Shown in pieces: positions 47,872 through 58,153 of a stretch of 64,000 bases of DNA (the first letter of the stretch is position 1; each line of letters begins with the position of its first letter). Position numbers and translations under genes: made by a program. A model generated the notes under the pieces. That model searched no databases, was not told the DNA's origin, and was given only the letters and a program-made list of their open reading frames with translations. This DNA is from Deltaproteobacteria bacterium (lineage in GTDB: Bacteria > Myxococcota_A > UBA9160 > SMWR01). Location of the stretch: the NCBI GenBank assembly GCA_032128375.1, contig JAQBGU010000183.1:15087-79086 (forward strand), read 5' to 3'.

Positions 47872-48633
47872 TTGAAATCGATCAGAGGGCTTGGCCCGTT
47901 GCTGGCGCTGCTGTTCAGCTCTCCGGCTGTCGCTCAGTCGGTCCCGAATGTGCTGGGGCTCTACCAGGGTTTCAGCGCAATCACCCTGTGGGGCTGCACC
48001 AACCCCTCTGACAGCAAGACCACGTCCGGCACGGGGTGGATCAACATTGCGCAACAAACCGGAAGCTCTTTTGCGGGTGACGCCGAATTCAGCACGCTGG
48101 TGGAAGGCACTTCAGTCAGCGAACTGATGAGTGTATCGGGGACCGTGACCGTGGGCGGATCGCTGAGCGGCACCGCTTCCAGCCAGGGGAGCGTCGGCGG
48201 AGCCCCCTCGGGCAGCAGACAGGCCGACTTTTCGGGAACCTTCACGCAGGCTGGCATCGAGATCCAGTTTCCCGGAGGCCCAGTCGGAATCGACAGCTGC
48301 ACGCACAGCGGTGCGCGCATCTCTGTTACCCGTTGTGGAAACGGAGTCGTCGATGGAAGCGAACAGTGCGACGACGCCAACCGGTTCAGCGAGGACGGCT
48401 GTTCGTCCGAGTGCATCACAGAATTTTGCGGAGACAGCATCGTACAGCAAGGACTCGGCGAGGTGTGTGACGATGGCAACCAGCACCCCGGCGATGATTG
48501 CGAGCCCGGTTGCATGATGATCCCCGAACCCGACACGACGCTGTTTCGGCTCGCGGGCGTTTTGGTACTCGGGTTGATGCAGCGACGCCGAATCGCGACT
48601 GGGCGCATTCGTGTGTCGTCTCGAGGAGCGTGA
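47872..48633 (+). CDS. Secreted protein with two Myxococcus-type Cys-rich repeats and a PEP-CTERM sorting signal
   Basis: Signal peptide; CGNGVVDGSEQCDD..DGCSSEC and CGDSIVQ..EVCDDGN..DDC; IPEP followed by a TM segment and RRR. Confidence 0.85.
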   Translation: MKSIRGLGPLLALLFSSPAVAQSVPNVLGLYQGFSAITLWGCTNPSDSKTTSGTGWINIAQQTGSSFAGDAEFSTLVEGTSVSELMSVSGTVTVGGSLSGTASSQGSVGGAPSGSRQADFSGTFTQAGIEIQFPGGPVGIDSCTHSGARISVTRCGNGVVDGSEQCDDANRFSEDGCSSECITEFCGDSIVQQGLGEVCDDGNQHPGDDCEPGCMMIPEPDTTLFRLAGVLVLGLMQRRRIATGRIRVSSRGA

Positions 48634-48664
48634 GGGTGGTCTGACTCGCGCGTCGGCGGGTTAC

Positions 48665-48999
48665 ACGATCGTCCATCCGCTCCTCAGTCGCGGCAATCAC
48701 CTCGGTGACGCCCGCATTGTTGACCAGACCGTCGAGTCTTCCGAACTGTCCAGGGTCTGATCGACGAGCGCATGGACAGCCTCGCGATCGGACACGTCAC
48801 AGGCGACCGGCAGGACTTCGACGCCCTTCGCGCGCAATTCGACGGCGAGCTTCTCCAGCCGGTCCGTCCGCCGTGCAGCGATCACGACATTGGCCCCGGC
48901 CACCGCAAGCCCCGTCGCCAGAACAGCGCCGAGTCCTGACGATGCGCCAGTGACGATCACGACGCGACCGTCCAATCGGAACAGCGAATCGAGGCTCAC
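48665..48999 (-). pseudogene. SDR oxidoreductase remnant (frameshifted near 48750 and truncated)
   Basis: VIVTGASSGLG, CDVSD; FGRLDGLVNNAG appears in another frame, and similarity ends before any YxxxK motif. Confidence 0.8.
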
Positions 49000-49637
49000 G
49001 CCTGTGGGGTCGCCGCCGCGCTTCGCTCGGCCTCGAGCCGACGCTCGATCCAGCGACGATAGGTCTCGATCGGCTGGGCGCCGACGATCGCTATATCGCT
49101 GTCCGCCAACCGGACGGCGGGTACGCCGGTAACGCCCATTCCGATCGATTCGTTGTGCTCGTCGATGATCTGTTTGACGAATACCGGGTCTTCGCGCGTC
49201 GCGAAGGCCTCATCGGGTAGACCCACCTCGCGCCACAGCTTCAGCAACGTGTCAGAGTCTGACACGTCGAGGCTCTCGCAGAAGTACGCCCGCAACAAGC
49301 GCTCGTGGACCCGATCGAACGCGTCCTCACCAAGCCTCGCGGCGGCCTTGGCGACCTGGTGGGGCGGGATGCTGTGCGAGGGCGGCCCCGCATCCCCCTG
49401 CCAGACGCGGAACTCCGGAGTGTCGGCCTCGCTGCCCACCCGTAGCCAGCTGTTGGTATACGCCCGGAATTTTTCGAGGTCCCGGCCGTGTGATGGGCGC
49501 GGGCGCAGCAGGTAGCTGCGCCATTCGACGCGCAGATCCGCACCGAATTCCTGTTCGAGCTGACGCAGCCGGACCGCCACGTTGTAGCACCAGGGTCACA
49601 AGTAATCGGAATATACGATCAGGGCAAGAGGCCGCAT
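48996..49637 (-). CDS. DsbA/FrnE-family thiol oxidoreductase, selenoprotein (UPWC active site)
   Basis: ATG 49637 gives MRPLALIVYSDYL-TGA-PWCY, in frame with the track ORF, which has the GVTGVP cis-Pro motif and GAQP. The TGA is at 49598-49596. Confidence 0.88.
49563..49582 (-). promoter_or_regulatory. Putative bacterial SECIS hairpin
   Basis: 7-bp stem ACGUGGC/GCUGCGU (with GU pairs) and a GGUCCG loop starting 20 nt after the UGA. Confidence 0.55.
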
Positions 49638-49745
49638 GCCCGAGAGGCTACCACAACACGAGTGCGCGATATTTCAGCTCGCGCGCGCAGGCATGCCGCA
49701 CCGATCGGCTGTCGGCAACGTCAACTGGCGAAATGCCGCCAGAGA

Positions 49746-49774
49746 TTGACACCGGGCCGCCGTCCGACCATCCT
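49746..49774 (+). promoter_or_regulatory. Putative sigma70 promoter of the aldolase gene (TTGACA-17-CATCCT)
   Basis: Perfect -35 box and canonical spacing. Confidence 0.45.
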
Positions 49775-49910
49775 CCGAGGCCCGATTGCGCACTCACCGC
49801 GCCGCTTGCCGTCAGGCGCGCATTTGATTGCGCTTGATTACCGGAGAACTCAGTACACCGCGCTAGCGACGCCGTACTCAACCCCAAGACGACCGAAGAA
49901 AGGAACCAAA

Positions 49911-50924
49911 ATGTCTGAACTCGCTACGATCGCGCGCGCCATGGTCGCGCCCGGCAAGGGGATTCTCGCGGCCGACGAGAGCTCGCCGACCATCCAGAAG
50001 CGCTTCGACTCGATCGGCGTCGAATCGACCGAAGAAAGTCGCCGCAGTTATCGGGAGATGTTGTTCACGACCGCCGGCGCCGAGCAGTACGTCAGCGGCG
50101 TCATTTTGTTCGACGAAACACTGCGCCAGCGCGCGGCAGACGGCACCCCATTTTCGAAGCTGCTCACCGACAAGGGAATCCTACCTGGCATCAAGGTCGA
50201 CAAGGGCGCAAAGCCCCTGCCCTTCGCAAAGGGCGAGACGGTGACCGAAGGTCTCGACGGATTGCGCGAGCGCGTGGCTGAATACCGTGGGCTCGGCGCC
50301 CGCTTTGCCAAGTGGCGCGCAACGATCAACATCGCCGATGACATCCCGAGCGACTACTGCATCGATGCCAACGCGCATGCGCTCGCGCGTTACGCGGCGC
50401 TGTGCGTCGAGGGCGACCTGGTGCCGATCGTCGAACCCGAAGTCCTGATGGACGGATCTCACACGCTCGAACGCTGTCACGAAGTAACAGAGCGGACGCT
50501 GCGCAGCCTGTTCAATGCGCTGTATGAGCAGCGTGTGGCACTGACTGAGGTCGTGCTGAAGCCGAACATGGTGCTGTCAGGTACCCGCTGTGCGACACAA
50601 GCCAACATCACCGAGGTAGCCGAGGCTACACTCGAGTGTTTCCGAAACGCCGTACCCGCCGAGGTTCCCGGTATCGTATTTCTATCCGGTGGGCAGAGCG
50701 ACGAGAACGCTACCGCCCACTTGAACAAGATGAACGAGCTTGGGGGCGGCCCATGGGAATTGAGCTTCTCCTACGGTCGAGCCCTGCAAGCGGCACCGCT
50801 CAAGGCATGGAGCGGCAAAGACGCCAACATCGCGGCCGCACAGAGAGCCTATTTGCACCGCGCCAGATGCAACAGCGCAGCGCGAACCGGCAGCTACAGC
50901 GCAGCGATGGAGAACACCGCCTAA
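49911..50924 (+). CDS. Fructose-bisphosphate aldolase class I (eukaryote-like family)
   Basis: GKGILAADES, PGIKVDKG, FAKWR, VPIVEPE, LKPNMV, FLSGGQS, FSYGRALQ. Confidence 0.96.
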   Translation: MSELATIARAMVAPGKGILAADESSPTIQKRFDSIGVESTEESRRSYREMLFTTAGAEQYVSGVILFDETLRQRAADGTPFSKLLTDKGILPGIKVDKGAKPLPFAKGETVTEGLDGLRERVAEYRGLGARFAKWRATINIADDIPSDYCIDANAHALARYAALCVEGDLVPIVEPEVLMDGSHTLERCHEVTERTLRSLFNALYEQRVALTEVVLKPNMVLSGTRCATQANITEVAEATLECFRNAVPAEVPGIVFLSGGQSDENATAHLNKMNELGGGPWELSFSYGRALQAAPLKAWSGKDANIAAAQRAYLHRARCNSAARTGSYSAAMENTA

Positions 50925-51085
50925 GGCGAATTCATCGAATCGTTCACCGTCGTCGCTTGCACGCTGGAGCTGGCGCTCTACCGCGCAGACTCCTGGCGCG
51001 AATGGCTTGCGAATTTCTCATCGGCGAGCGCACACCAGCAGAGCTGACGCCTTTCGCCGCGCACTCGCGGCGGCTGGTAGCGCTG

Positions 51086-51604
51086 CTACGGCGTCAGCGC
51101 GTGGTACCTGCGGCCGTAGAACATCAGCGGACCTCGGATGGCAGGATCATCCAGATCACCTAGCCGCAGGTCGACGACCTCACCGACGTAGATGACGTGG
51201 TCTCCGGCTTCGTGGGCGTCGCGAACCCGACAGTCGAACATGGCAAGCGTCCCGGCCAATAGCGGCGCGCCGGTCGTGCCACTCGTGTGTTCGAGATCGT
51301 CAAAGCGCCTGTGTTCATCCTCCTTGGATGCGAACAGGTTCGAGAGTTCCTCTTGGCCGCGCCGCAGGATATGTACGGCGAACGCCTGGCTTTCGGCAAT
51401 CAGCGTGTGCGTGTTCGATGTCTTGTCCGCGCACACGAGCACCAGAGGAGGTTCGAGTGAGACTTCGCTGAACGCGGAAACCGTCATCCCCAGGATGCGA
51501 TTTCCCGCACGCGCCGTCACGACCGTCACGCCGGTAGCCCAGCGCGAAAACGCGTCTTTGAGATCTTCTTTCGAGATTTTCGAGATCGACTGGTTGACCG
51601 ACAC
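51086..51604 (-). CDS. Flavin reductase family protein
   Basis: ATGVTVVT, GMTVSAFSEVSLEPPLV, GDHVIYVG. Confidence 0.92.
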   Translation of the reverse strand: MSVNQSISKISKEDLKDAFSRWATGVTVVTARAGNRILGMTVSAFSEVSLEPPLVLVCADKTSNTHTLIAESQAFAVHILRRGQEELSNLFASKEDEHRRFDDLEHTSGTTGAPLLAGTLAMFDCRVRDAHEAGDHVIYVGEVVDLRLGDLDDPAIRGPLMFYGRRYHALTP

Positions 51605-51627
51605 CGTACCCTCGAACGCGATCCCGA

Positions 51628-52095
51628 TCAGTCTTCGATCTTGTAACGTTCTTCGAACTCGGCTTCGCTGAAGATCACGTCGATCTTGCGCGCGAACATC
51701 TTCGAATCGTCCTTTTCGTCCGGGCGCCAGTAGACGTTCACGGTCTTGCCTGCGGGAATCTCGTGGAGTTCGCCGCGCTTGCCGTTGACAGAAACCGTCG
51801 TCTTGGTGAGCACGGATCCACTGATTGTCACGTTGAAGGTGGCCTCCTCGCCGCGCTTCAGACGCTTTGCATCTTTGCTGCTACCCGGCTTCTTGACTTT
51901 CACGGTCACAGTCGAGCCATCCGCGTCGAAACTGACCCAGATCGCCTCAGTCTGCGTGCTCTTGCCTGCGTGGGCCGTCCCCGGTAACAGCGAGCCCGCC
52001 AGCGCTGCTGCGGCCAGTATCCCAACAGCCGCGACCCAGTGTCTTGCCGAAGTGCTGCTTGCGAACTTGGATATTGGGTTGTGAGAGAATTGCAT
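51628..52095 (-). CDS. Secreted, Lys-rich, beta-rich hypothetical protein
   Basis: AGGAGG RBS and a signal peptide ending AHA. Confidence 0.7.
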   Translation of the reverse strand: MQFSHNPISKFASSTSARHWVAAVGILAAAALAGSLLPGTAHAGKSTQTEAIWVSFDADGSTVTVKVKKPGSSKDAKRLKRGEEATFNVTISGSVLTKTTVSVNGKRGELHEIPAGKTVNVYWRPDEKDDSKMFARKIDVIFSEAEFEERYKIED

Positions 52096-52138
52096 GGTGA
52101 ACCTTCCTCCTACTGCAAGTGTTACGTGGAAAACCAGT

Positions 52139-53500
52139 CTACACAGTCTTCGACGCAAGCTCGACGTCTTGATTCAATCGGACGTCTCGCTGCAAAAATT
52201 CGACCACGTACGGGCCCAACACGTCCAGCGGACGAATTCCGGGTGCGAGTTCGACCATGAGCGCGTAAAGCAGCGAGATCGCACGCGACCACATCACCAG
52301 GCCATCGGGCAGACTGAAGCCGTGGAGCTTCTTCATGTGCACACGCATGCGCTTGAAGTAGTCACCAAAATCCAGGTTCATCATTTCTGCGGGCGTCAGG
52401 TTGTAGTACTCCGGGTCGAAGCTCAGCTCGGCGATCTCGATCACCGCCGGAACATCCACCCGCTGGATGATTCCCGCATCGAGAAGCGAGCTTGCATAGA
52501 GGTTCGAATCGCGTGTGGCCGCCGCCATCACATTGCGGGAAATCGCGTCGAGAATCCGGCCCTCGATCCGTTGGTTCATACCAAAATCGATGATCCCAAT
52601 CCGCCCTTCGTCGTCGACCACCAGGTTTCCCGGGTGCGGATCACAGTGAAAAAACCCGTCTTTGAACATCATGTGCAAGAACGCGCGGGAAGCCCACAGC
52701 ACCAGATCGTCGGGGGCGACGCCGCGTTCAGCCAGTGAGTCCAAGTCGTTGATCTTGCAACCTTCGATGTACTCCATCGACAGCACCCGGCGCGTCGTGA
52801 GGTCCCAGTGGATCTTCGGGATCCGCGTATGGGCGGCGATTTCCGGGTCGGCTGCGAGATTGCGCTCGACCTCCTCGGCAGCCCGGCCCTCGCGCGTGTA
52901 GTCCATTTCGCCCTGCAGCGTGTGCTTCACCTGCTCATGGACCTGCAACAAATCCGCCACCGACAAGAAATTGAACCCCCACATCGCGATCTTCATCATC
53001 GCCACATCGATCGCCACCGAGCGCTCCACACCTGGGTACAAAACCTTGACCGCGAGATCGCGTCCATCCAGCGTCCGGGCACGATGGACCTGCCCGAGGC
53101 TGGCAGCGGCGATCGGCTCGCGCTCGAAGTGTTCGAACACGGCCTCGACCGGGAGGCCGAGTTCGCGTTCCACTGCAGAGGCGATCGCAGCAAAGGGTTG
53201 CGGCGCGACACGATCTTGCAAGCGTGCCAACTCGTCGGTGACTTCCTCGGCGACGACGTCGATGCGCAGGCTCGCAATCTGGCCGATCTTGATCAGTCCG
53301 CCCCGAAATCGGGTCGCCACGTCGACAAAGCGGATCGCAAAGCGGCGCTGTCGCGCGAGCATCGCCCCTGCGGGGGGATGCCACAGCCCGCGGTTCGCGA
53401 GCGCAACCTCAACATACAGCGCCACGGCGCGAGCGATCAGCCAGCCGGTAACGACACCGCGATGAACCAGGGAGAAGAGCGTGGGCCCGCTGTGCGACAT
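52139..53500 (-). CDS. ABC1/AarF/UbiB family atypical kinase
   Basis: IKIGQ, LQD, AAASLGQVH, AVKV, HCDPHPGN, IDFG. Confidence 0.93.
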   Translation of the reverse strand: MSHSGPTLFSLVHRGVVTGWLIARAVALYVEVALANRGLWHPPAGAMLARQRRFAIRFVDVATRFRGGLIKIGQIASLRIDVVAEEVTDELARLQDRVAPQPFAAIASAVERELGLPVEAVFEHFEREPIAAASLGQVHRARTLDGRDLAVKVLYPGVERSVAIDVAMMKIAMWGFNFLSVADLLQVHEQVKHTLQGEMDYTREGRAAEEVERNLAADPEIAAHTRIPKIHWDLTTRRVLSMEYIEGCKINDLDSLAERGVAPDDLVLWASRAFLHMMFKDGFFHCDPHPGNLVVDDEGRIGIIDFGMNQRIEGRILDAISRNVMAAATRDSNLYASSLLDAGIIQRVDVPAVIEIAELSFDPEYYNLTPAEMMNLDFGDYFKRMRVHMKKLHGFSLPDGLVMWSRAISLLYALMVELAPGIRPLDVLGPYVVEFLQRDVRLNQDVELASKTV

Positions 53501-53545
53501 TCGCCCGGACGGTAGGCGAAATACGATCCGCCAGCGACGCTTGGA

Positions 53546-54874
53546 TCAGCGCGGGCCAGGCTCCACGTGAACGAATACGAGATCCATCACGTTGGTCCCG
53601 GTCGGGCCGGTACGCACGACGCCCCCCTCTCGCGCGAAGAACGAATTCGAGTCATTGGCATCGAGCGCTGCGAGCGGATCCAGACCGAGTGCCAGCCCGC
53701 GAGCCACCGTGTCCCCATCCGCGAAAGCACCTGCCGCATCGGTCGGGCCGTCGACCCCATCCGTTCCGACCGCGAGCAGCGATATCGCGTCAGTGGACGC
53801 AAATTCGATTGCCGCGGCGAGCGCCAGCTCCTGGTTGCGCCCACCGATTCCATCGCCGCGCACTTCGACCGTGGTCTCGCCCCCCGCAATCGCACACACG
53901 GGCCGATCGCTGACAATCGCGCTGCCGAGTGCCGCGAGCCTTCGACCGGCCTCTCGAGCCGGCCCGAATAATGCACCCGGTAACTCCAGCGTGCGGTAAC
54001 CTGCACGCCTCGCGGCCACAGCCGCTGCCCCCAGTGCGGTCTGGTTGTTGGCCAGAAGTGTCGTGGTGACGCCTCGAAACACCTCTGCTTCGGGCGCCGG
54101 CGTCTCTTCCAACGCGCCACGCGCTCCGGACTCCAGATACGCGAGCACGCGAGTTGGAACTCGGGCGCGTCCAGTGCGACGTTCCAACACGGCTAGCGCG
54201 TCGGCAAAGGTGGACGGATCTCCGACCAACGGGCCGGACCCGATCACATCGAGTCGATCTCCGGTCACGTCCGAGATCACCAGCTGCTCGACGCGAGCGC
54301 AACCGACATGCGCAGCCAGACGGCCGCCAGCGACCCGGCTCAGGTGTTTGCGCACGGTATTCAACTCGTCGATGCCGGCTCCGGCATCCAGCAGGCTAGA
54401 CGTCGTCAACGCGAGCTCTTCGATACTGATGCCTGGCGCGGGGCAGCAGAGCAGGCTCGATGCGCCCCCCGAAATCATCGCGACCAGCACATCACTTTCG
54501 CGTGCAGACGCAACGAGCGCGATCGCATCGTGGCCTGCGCGCTCGCTGCGCGCATCCGGAATTGGATGCGAAGCAACCTGCACCGAGAATCGCGTCGATC
54601 GTCCCGAGTCTGGACCCGAATCTGGGGCAACCACGAGTCCAGCGGAAATCCGCGACCCCGCGATCGCGTCGAGTTCGGCAGCCATCGGCCTCGCCGCCTT
54701 GCCTACCGCGAACGCGATGACGCGCGCGTCTCGCGCCACGGCGCGACCCGCAATTACGAGTTCGGAGCCATCGAATTCCACTGCGCTGCGGATAGCTGCG
54801 CCCGGGTCGACTGCAACCAGAGCGGCCCGGAACAGCGCTTCCAGCCGCGCGCGAACGTCCCGCTCACGGCTCAC
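53546..54874 (-). CDS. Glycerate kinase type 2 (DUF4147/MOFRL)
   Basis: GKAA, HPIPD, ISGGASSL, ISDV, GGETTV, GGRNQE, TDGVDG, TGTNVMD. Confidence 0.92.
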   Translation of the reverse strand: MSRERDVRARLEALFRAALVAVDPGAAIRSAVEFDGSELVIAGRAVARDARVIAFAVGKAARPMAAELDAIAGSRISAGLVVAPDSGPDSGRSTRFSVQVASHPIPDARSERAGHDAIALVASARESDVLVAMISGGASSLLCCPAPGISIEELALTTSSLLDAGAGIDELNTVRKHLSRVAGGRLAAHVGCARVEQLVISDVTGDRLDVIGSGPLVGDPSTFADALAVLERRTGRARVPTRVLAYLESGARGALEETPAPEAEVFRGVTTTLLANNQTALGAAAVAARRAGYRTLELPGALFGPAREAGRRLAALGSAIVSDRPVCAIAGGETTVEVRGDGIGGRNQELALAAAIEFASTDAISLLAVGTDGVDGPTDAAGAFADGDTVARGLALGLDPLAALDANDSNSFFAREGGVVRTGPTGTNVMDLVFVHVEPGPR

Positions 54875-55716
54875 GACTCCGGCGCGTTAGCGTTTCCGGG
54901 CGCCGGCTCTGGCACAGCTTCGACGGGCGCCCCTGAGCCGCCGCGATTCGATCCGGGAGTCAGACGAATTTCGATTCTACGATTGCTAGCGCGCCCTTCC
55001 GCGGTCTCGTTCGAGGCGATGGGGTCGAACTCGCCGCGGGACACGGCGGACATCCGCGCCGGGTCGACTCCCGATGCCGCCAGCAACCGGACCACTGAAC
55101 TCGCTCGTGCGCCGGCGAGTTCCCAGTTCGACGGATACCTGACCCCGATCGGAACGTTGTCGGTATGTCCGATGATCTCGACCTGGTAACTCATTCGGCT
55201 GAGACGGGCGGCCAGTTTTGCCAGCACGGCTGCGCCTTCCGCGCTCACATTCGCGCTCGCGTTCCCGAACAACACGTCCTGATTGAGGTTCAGATTCAGT
55301 CCTGAACTCAACCTCTCGATCTCGATCTGTCCAGCGGTCACCTCCGCCTGCAGGTCTCCGACCAAGCCATCATAGGTGCCGCGCATAGCCGACATCTCCG
55401 CCTCACGGCGCGCGAGCAACTCGCTCGTCTGCTCGAGGTTCTCGGCCAACTTCGCCCGGGTACTCGCCAACCGTCGGACGTCGCTTTCGAGCTGCCGCGC
55501 GGCGATTCGCTGGTCTTCGAATTCGTCGAGCAACTGGTCGCGCTCGTTCATCAGGCTGGTCCTGGCTGCCTCGAGTAGTTCGAGCTTCCTCTCGAGCTGA
55601 ACCCGCGTGCTCTCGAGGTCGTCGCGTTGCGCGGTCATCAGGTCATATGTGCCCTGGGTCACGCAAGCGGTCGTCATCGGCAACAGCGCGCAGACCGCGA
55701 TCACCGGCCCCCACAT
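54871..55716 (-). CDS. OmpA/MotB-family lipoprotein with a coiled coil
   Basis: Lipobox-like TTAC; GHTDNVPI, SNWELAGARA, NRRIEI. Confidence 0.88.
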   Translation of the reverse strand: MWGPVIAVCALLPMTTACVTQGTYDLMTAQRDDLESTRVQLERKLELLEAARTSLMNERDQLLDEFEDQRIAARQLESDVRRLASTRAKLAENLEQTSELLARREAEMSAMRGTYDGLVGDLQAEVTAGQIEIERLSSGLNLNLNQDVLFGNASANVSAEGAAVLAKLAARLSRMSYQVEIIGHTDNVPIGVRYPSNWELAGARASSVVRLLAASGVDPARMSAVSRGEFDPIASNETAEGRASNRRIEIRLTPGSNRGGSGAPVEAVPEPAPGNANAPES

Positions 55717-55729
55717 CGGCTTCTGATCG

Positions 55730-58153
55730 TCAGTCCACCGGCGACAGCGCGTGCGCCAGCGCCTCATCGATCCGACCGACATATTCGAGATGTAACCCTT
55801 CGAGAAGCGCTTCATCAACCTCTTCCACATCGCGACGGTTGTCTTCGGGGAGCACCACGGTAGCGATTCCCGCCCGTTTGGCCGCGAGCACTTTCTCCTT
55901 GATGCCGCCCACCGCGAGTACCTTGCCGCGCAAGGTGATCTCACCGGTCATTGCGAGTGCGCTGCGCACCGGGCGGCGTGTCATCAGCGAAGCCAGCGAT
56001 GTCACCATGGCGATGCCAGCGGACGGTCCGTCCTTCCGAACAGCGCCTGCCGGGACGTGCAAATGCACGTCGGAGCTGTCGAACAGCCCGCTGTCGAAGC
56101 TCAGATCGGAAGCGCGGGTGCGAAGCCAGGAGCGCGCCGCCTCTGCGGATTCGCGCATCACCTCGCCCAGTGAGCCCGTCAGTTTCAAGCCGCCCTTTCC
56201 GGGCATGCGCGTCGACTCGACGAAAAGGATGTCGCCACCGGCTGGCGTCCACGCGAGTCCAACCGCGACGCCCGCTTGTGCGGTGCGCTCTGCCACCTCG
56301 GGCTCGAAGCGCACCGGTCCCAGCAACTCTTCGATGCGCTCAGGTCCGATCGGCTTCGGCTCTGTGAGCGACCCGTCCGCGACACTGCGTGCGACCTTCC
56401 GCGCGAGCGACCCCACTTCGCGTTCCAGGTTCCGAACACCCGCCTCTCGTGTGTAGCTGCGAATCAACCGCTGCAGGGTCTCATCGGGCAATTCGAAACC
56501 GAAATCAGCCAATCCATTCTGTTCGCGCTGGCGCGGTACCAGAAAACGCTTGGCGATCTCGACCTTTTCTTCTTCGGTATATCCGGGTAGCTCGATCACT
56601 TCCATTCGATCACGCAACGCCGCAGGTACCGGCTCCATCTGGTTGGCCGTTGCGATGAAGAGCACTTGTTGCAAGTCGAATGTAACTTCGAGGTAATGGT
56701 CACTAAATGATGAATTCTGCTCAGGATCTAGTACTTCGAGAAGGGCCGAAGAGGGATCGCCTCGGTAGTCGGCACCCACCTTGTCGACTTCGTCGAGGAC
56801 AAAGACCGGGTTTCTGGTGCCGGCCCTACGCAGGCTCTGCACGATGCGTCCGGGCAGTGCGCCGACATAGGTTCGGCGGTGCCCGCGAATTTCGGCTTCA
56901 TCACGCACACCTCCGAGCGAGATTCGCTCGAATTTTCGCCCCAGCGCCCGCGCAATCGAGCGGCCCAGCGAGGTCTTGCCGGTCCCCGGCGGGCCGACGA
57001 AACACAGGATCGGACCCTTCAGATCGCGCTTGAGGCTGAGCACTGCGATGTATTCGATGATCCGGTCTTTCACCTTGTCGAGTCCGTAGTGGTCCTCATC
57101 GAGGATCCGACGCGCCTGGTCGACATCGAGACTGTCCTCGGAGATCTTCGACCACGGCAACTCGACCATCCATTCGAGATAGCTGCGAATCACACTGTGC
57201 TCCGCGGCCGCAGTCGGCATCTGGGCGAGCCGTTCGAGCTCGCGGGTCGCCTGGGTCAGCGCCTCCTCGTTCATACCCGCCGCCGCAACCCGCTCGCGCA
57301 GACGCTCGACCTCCACATCGGAACCCTCGGACTCCCCGAGTTCCTGCCGGATCGCCTCGAGCTGCTGGCGCAACATGTAGTCGCGTTGCGAATTCCCGAT
57401 GTCGGTCTGGACCTTCTCGCGGATCTCGCTTTCCACCTTCATCGCGTCGCGCTCACGCACGACCCCGTCGAGCACGATCCGAAGCCGCGCGGGTACACTC
57501 AGCTCTTCGAGGATCTGCTGCTTGCCCGCTACATCGAATTCGAGTTTCGAGCCCACCAGGTCGGCCAGCTTGGAGGGGTCGTCGAGGCTTCCAGCGAGCA
57601 CCTGGAGGTCGTCGGACAACCGCGAGCTTTCCGCGACGAGCGAACCGAACTCCTGCGAGATGTTGCGGGTCAGTGCCGCCGTCTCGACCGAGTCCATGTC
57701 TCCGGTCTCTTTCAGATCGCAAATTCGACCGCGCAAGAACGGCTGCCCGGTGGTGAATTCTTCGACCCTCGCGCGACACACCCCCTGCACGAGTAGCCGA
57801 TAGGACTCGTCGGGGAACTTCAGCATTTTCGCGATGCGAACCACTGTCCCGACCGAATACACGTCGTCGGGTCCCGGGCTGCCGTCGACCTGCTTCTTGA
57901 CCGCCACGCACATCAGCATGCGCTCGGGGCTCAGCAGGACTGCGTCGATCAACAGTTTCGAATTATCTGACTTCACCAGCAGCGGCGAAAGCAAGAACGG
58001 GAACAAGACGGTGTTTTTCAGCGGCAAGATCGGCAGATGGGTCGGAATCTCGACATGGACTGACGCTTCGGCATCGCCACTGCCGACATGTACTTCGGCA
58101 CCTTCGACACTCGCCGATCCTTCGAGCACGACTTTTTGCTCTTCGTCACTCAT
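55730..58153 (-). CDS. lon: ATP-dependent Lon protease, copy 2
   Basis: GPPGTGKTS, GHRRTYVGA, KDGPSAG, IKEK. Confidence 0.96.
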   Translation of the reverse strand: MSDEEQKVVLEGSASVEGAEVHVGSGDAEASVHVEIPTHLPILPLKNTVLFPFLLSPLLVKSDNSKLLIDAVLLSPERMLMCVAVKKQVDGSPGPDDVYSVGTVVRIAKMLKFPDESYRLLVQGVCRARVEEFTTGQPFLRGRICDLKETGDMDSVETAALTRNISQEFGSLVAESSRLSDDLQVLAGSLDDPSKLADLVGSKLEFDVAGKQQILEELSVPARLRIVLDGVVRERDAMKVESEIREKVQTDIGNSQRDYMLRQQLEAIRQELGESEGSDVEVERLRERVAAAGMNEEALTQATRELERLAQMPTAAAEHSVIRSYLEWMVELPWSKISEDSLDVDQARRILDEDHYGLDKVKDRIIEYIAVLSLKRDLKGPILCFVGPPGTGKTSLGRSIARALGRKFERISLGGVRDEAEIRGHRRTYVGALPGRIVQSLRRAGTRNPVFVLDEVDKVGADYRGDPSSALLEVLDPEQNSSFSDHYLEVTFDLQQVLFIATANQMEPVPAALRDRMEVIELPGYTEEEKVEIAKRFLVPRQREQNGLADFGFELPDETLQRLIRSYTREAGVRNLEREVGSLARKVARSVADGSLTEPKPIGPERIEELLGPVRFEPEVAERTAQAGVAVGLAWTPAGGDILFVESTRMPGKGGLKLTGSLGEVMRESAEAARSWLRTRASDLSFDSGLFDSSDVHLHVPAGAVRKDGPSAGIAMVTSLASLMTRRPVRSALAMTGEITLRGKVLAVGGIKEKVLAAKRAGIATVVLPEDNRRDVEEVDEALLEGLHLEYVGRIDEALAHALSPVD

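Noticed and set aside
54871..55716. MotB-like protein as evidence of a flagellar stator
   Set aside because: It has a lipoprotein-type signal and coiled coil, no MotB transmembrane Asp motif and no motA, so it is a generic OmpA-family protein.
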